Below, piece after piece: positions 61,526 through 64,000 of a DNA stretch of 64,000 nucleotides; positions within the stretch are counted from its first letter, which is position 1; each line of letters starts with the position of its first letter. A program made the translations under genes and the position numbers. The stretch is from Felis catus (lineage: Eukaryota). The stretch spans positions 107,386,001-107,450,000 of the forward strand of contig NC_058368.1 of the NCBI RefSeq assembly GCF_018350175.1, read 5' to 3'. The notes under the pieces were generated by a model. It saw only the letters and a program-made list of their open reading frames with translations. It was not told where the DNA came from and ran no database searches.

Positions 61526-64000
61526 CATTGACTGCATGTGAGGTTACATGCTTTGGTGGGACATGGAAAGTTAACACCAATGACCCCTAACCACAGATTT
61601 TGAAAGACATGATATTCAAAAGAATATCTAAATATATAATGGAGTATAGTAAATGTTACATAAGCATTATAGAAAATAATTCTCTCCCTGCCAAATTTTT
61701 ACATCCTGAATATAAATCACCTGTAAACTCCAATTTTCTGTTTAGCTTTCATTGCCCCCAAATAAGTAAACTGTGGGAGAGAGAAGTCACTTTCCCAGCT
61801 GCAAAATATGAGGTCCGAGGAAATCCCTAGAACAGAGGGACAGATTTTTAATGAACTGTAACATTTTAGTGTACACAAATTAAGATCTCTAATTGTAGAA
61901 ACTTTAGAAGCAGAATTTCAATTGAAGAATCTGCTAAATGCAGTGAAAAAATCTAGTTGCATTATAATTCAGTGCCGACTTAGCCAATAACATTTTTAAA
62001 ATGAAGCAGCAGAAAAATTGATTTCTAGCTGCAGCTGCCTTGGGTTTCTTTTTTATTGGTTAAATGATGCAGGTACAACAGAATCAAACAAGTAATTTCT
62101 GATGGCCTCTAATAGCTCCTTCCTGTACCTCTGAGCTGTCAGAAGTGGAAATAGTTGCTCTTAAGGGTAATAACATATATGGGACCATTTGTCTACTTTG
62201 AAAGCTTTATGAATCATTTTCAATGATTTCCCTTGATACCTTGTAATATCAGCTATTATGGCCCTCTTCTGTTTCTTCTTACTCCTACCTCTATGCTCCA
62301 CAGTCTTACTCATTTTGGATACAACTAAGTGTACCATCATCAGTAACTAGGTTCAGGGAATAGGTTTTATTTGTGACTTTCCCTGTAATTTATTCTCTGA
62401 ATAATGGGAAAGAAAGATTTGAATGTGCTACAAAATTTTTAGGTGCTAAAACTCAGCGTAGTTGCCTCATGCAGTTAAGTAAATTTGGGTTAGGATATGA
62501 TGCAGTATTCTTTAATTGCAGTTACACATTAATTTCCATAACAAAAATATTTTTAATAAAATGTGACCATGTATTATAACATCCCATGGGCTTAGTAGCA
62601 ATCAAATGAGAGCTAAAAGAAATGAGCTTGAAACAATGAATAAAAGCTGTATTTTAAAATAAAAACTTGCCAACATCTATATTTTATAAGTATTTGCCAT
62701 ATATCCTGCAGGAAAAATACCCAACTCATTTGGAAGTGAAAAACTGAGTCAAATTAATTATTCATTATCTAGTAGATTTTTAAGTACCTTTTTAGAAAGT
62801 CGTTGGGTTGAATTCAGTTAAGCTTGTGTGTTCTAAATATGAAGGTACAGTTTTTGTGTCTTCAGAAATTCAGAGTGTATAGATTCATGTAACTGCACGG
62901 TTCCAGTGGTCTCCAAGCTCAGATGTCAAAAAATGGAATTTTATATATTTTATAATTAAGCCCTAATTTGCATTATTGTGTGCAACTTAGTCTAGATGTT
63001 TTCAAGAAATTCATGTCAGTTCAGGAATTTCCTGACCAAATTTAAATTCTGTTTTAAGTTTTGCACTTCTTTTTTATAATGTATTTTTACGTCTTTTATT
63101 CTTTCTCATGCTGTTGCAAATTGAGTTTTTTCAATAATTTTGTTCTTCTGGAAGTTATTCCTGGAGGTATTGCTTACGCTTACAGTCAGCTCCTTCAGTT
63201 CTTTGAATGCTGTTATAATTCCTTATATTAAGCTTCTTGCTTAAATACCTTGAATGATATCTTTTGTCTGCAACAAACTCTGAATGATAGAAAATGACAG
63301 GTCATTTGTTGGGTCATGGTGACCTTATATTAACTTTAGAATATATATGAAGATTTCACCTTTAGAAGTTGGTATTCTGTGTCACATAGATGGTGGGAAA
63401 ATAATAATACATCAGTTTCATACATAAGATATAATAAGTATTGCCTGGGAGATGTGAAGTAAGACACTTGTTTTGGGATTCAGAAAATATCAAATATCAC
63501 ACCATATCAAACCAGTGGTAAAATTCACTGAAATGTTCTAAATGGGAAAGAATTTAATCATGTAACATCTGTTCCTATATGTCCTATGAATACAAGGGAT
63601 ATTTATAGTCTTTGATGTTTAGGAAAAGACTGGCTTCTGCAAATTTAAGAGACTTGATCTTATAAATAAGATTAGGAAAGCTGAACTTGAAGATGGAGCA
63701 GCTGTTTAATTACAAAGGATGATGTGAAATTTTCCACTTTTCACAGCTCTGATAAAGAGAGAAGGAATATAGGATTAAAGGTTAGAAATCCCAAGATAAA
63801 TTTTAATTAGTCAAAATTTTTTTCCATATCAAAATTAGCTAATAATTTGGAGGATACTGTTCTCAGGAGTCTTCATAAGAGATCTAACAGGTATTTTAAC
63901 AAGGTCTTATTAAATGGTAAAGATAGCTGTTATTTTATCATTTACCTGATCTTAATCATTAAAAAGACTGTTGACAAGATTGGCAAGATTATCATTTAGA

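Noticed and set aside
1..64000. A novel multi-gene system, CRISPR array or operon
   Set aside because: Eukaryotic repeat-rich DNA; no repeat-spacer arrays and no intact coding genes detected

Overview
Mammalian genomic DNA, almost certainly from a cat-family (felid) genome, since it carries felid-type tRNA-derived CanSINEs (SINEC_Fc-like) and carnivore LINE-1. It is AT-rich, repeat-dense intronic or intergenic sequence, and I find no intact protein-coding gene, RNA gene or CRISPR array. Most ORFs in the track are SINE/L1 artefacts. Recognisable content: (1) a disabled cofilin-1 (CFL1) processed pseudogene at 21876-23128 with a 13-bp target-site duplication (TSD), inserted in an old L2; (2) a decayed hAT-Blackjack transposon whose transposase motifs are still legible (~5560-6965); (3) a MER44/Tigger7-type element, MLT1 and ERV1-class LTRs, MIRs and L2; (4) two ~7-kb minus-strand L1s, one with a TSD nested in an older L1, plus many L1 fragments; (5) about 28 CanSINEs and several microsatellites. 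The most interesting observation is that the CFL1 retrocopy lacks the canonical ATG-bearing first exon. Instead, ~200 nt of GC-rich sequence is joined in frame exactly at codon 2, apparently a fossil of an alternative-first-exon CFL1 transcript. I see no evidence for a new multi-gene biological system. Repeat family names come from recalled consensus sequences rather than a database search, and boundaries without TSDs are approximate.
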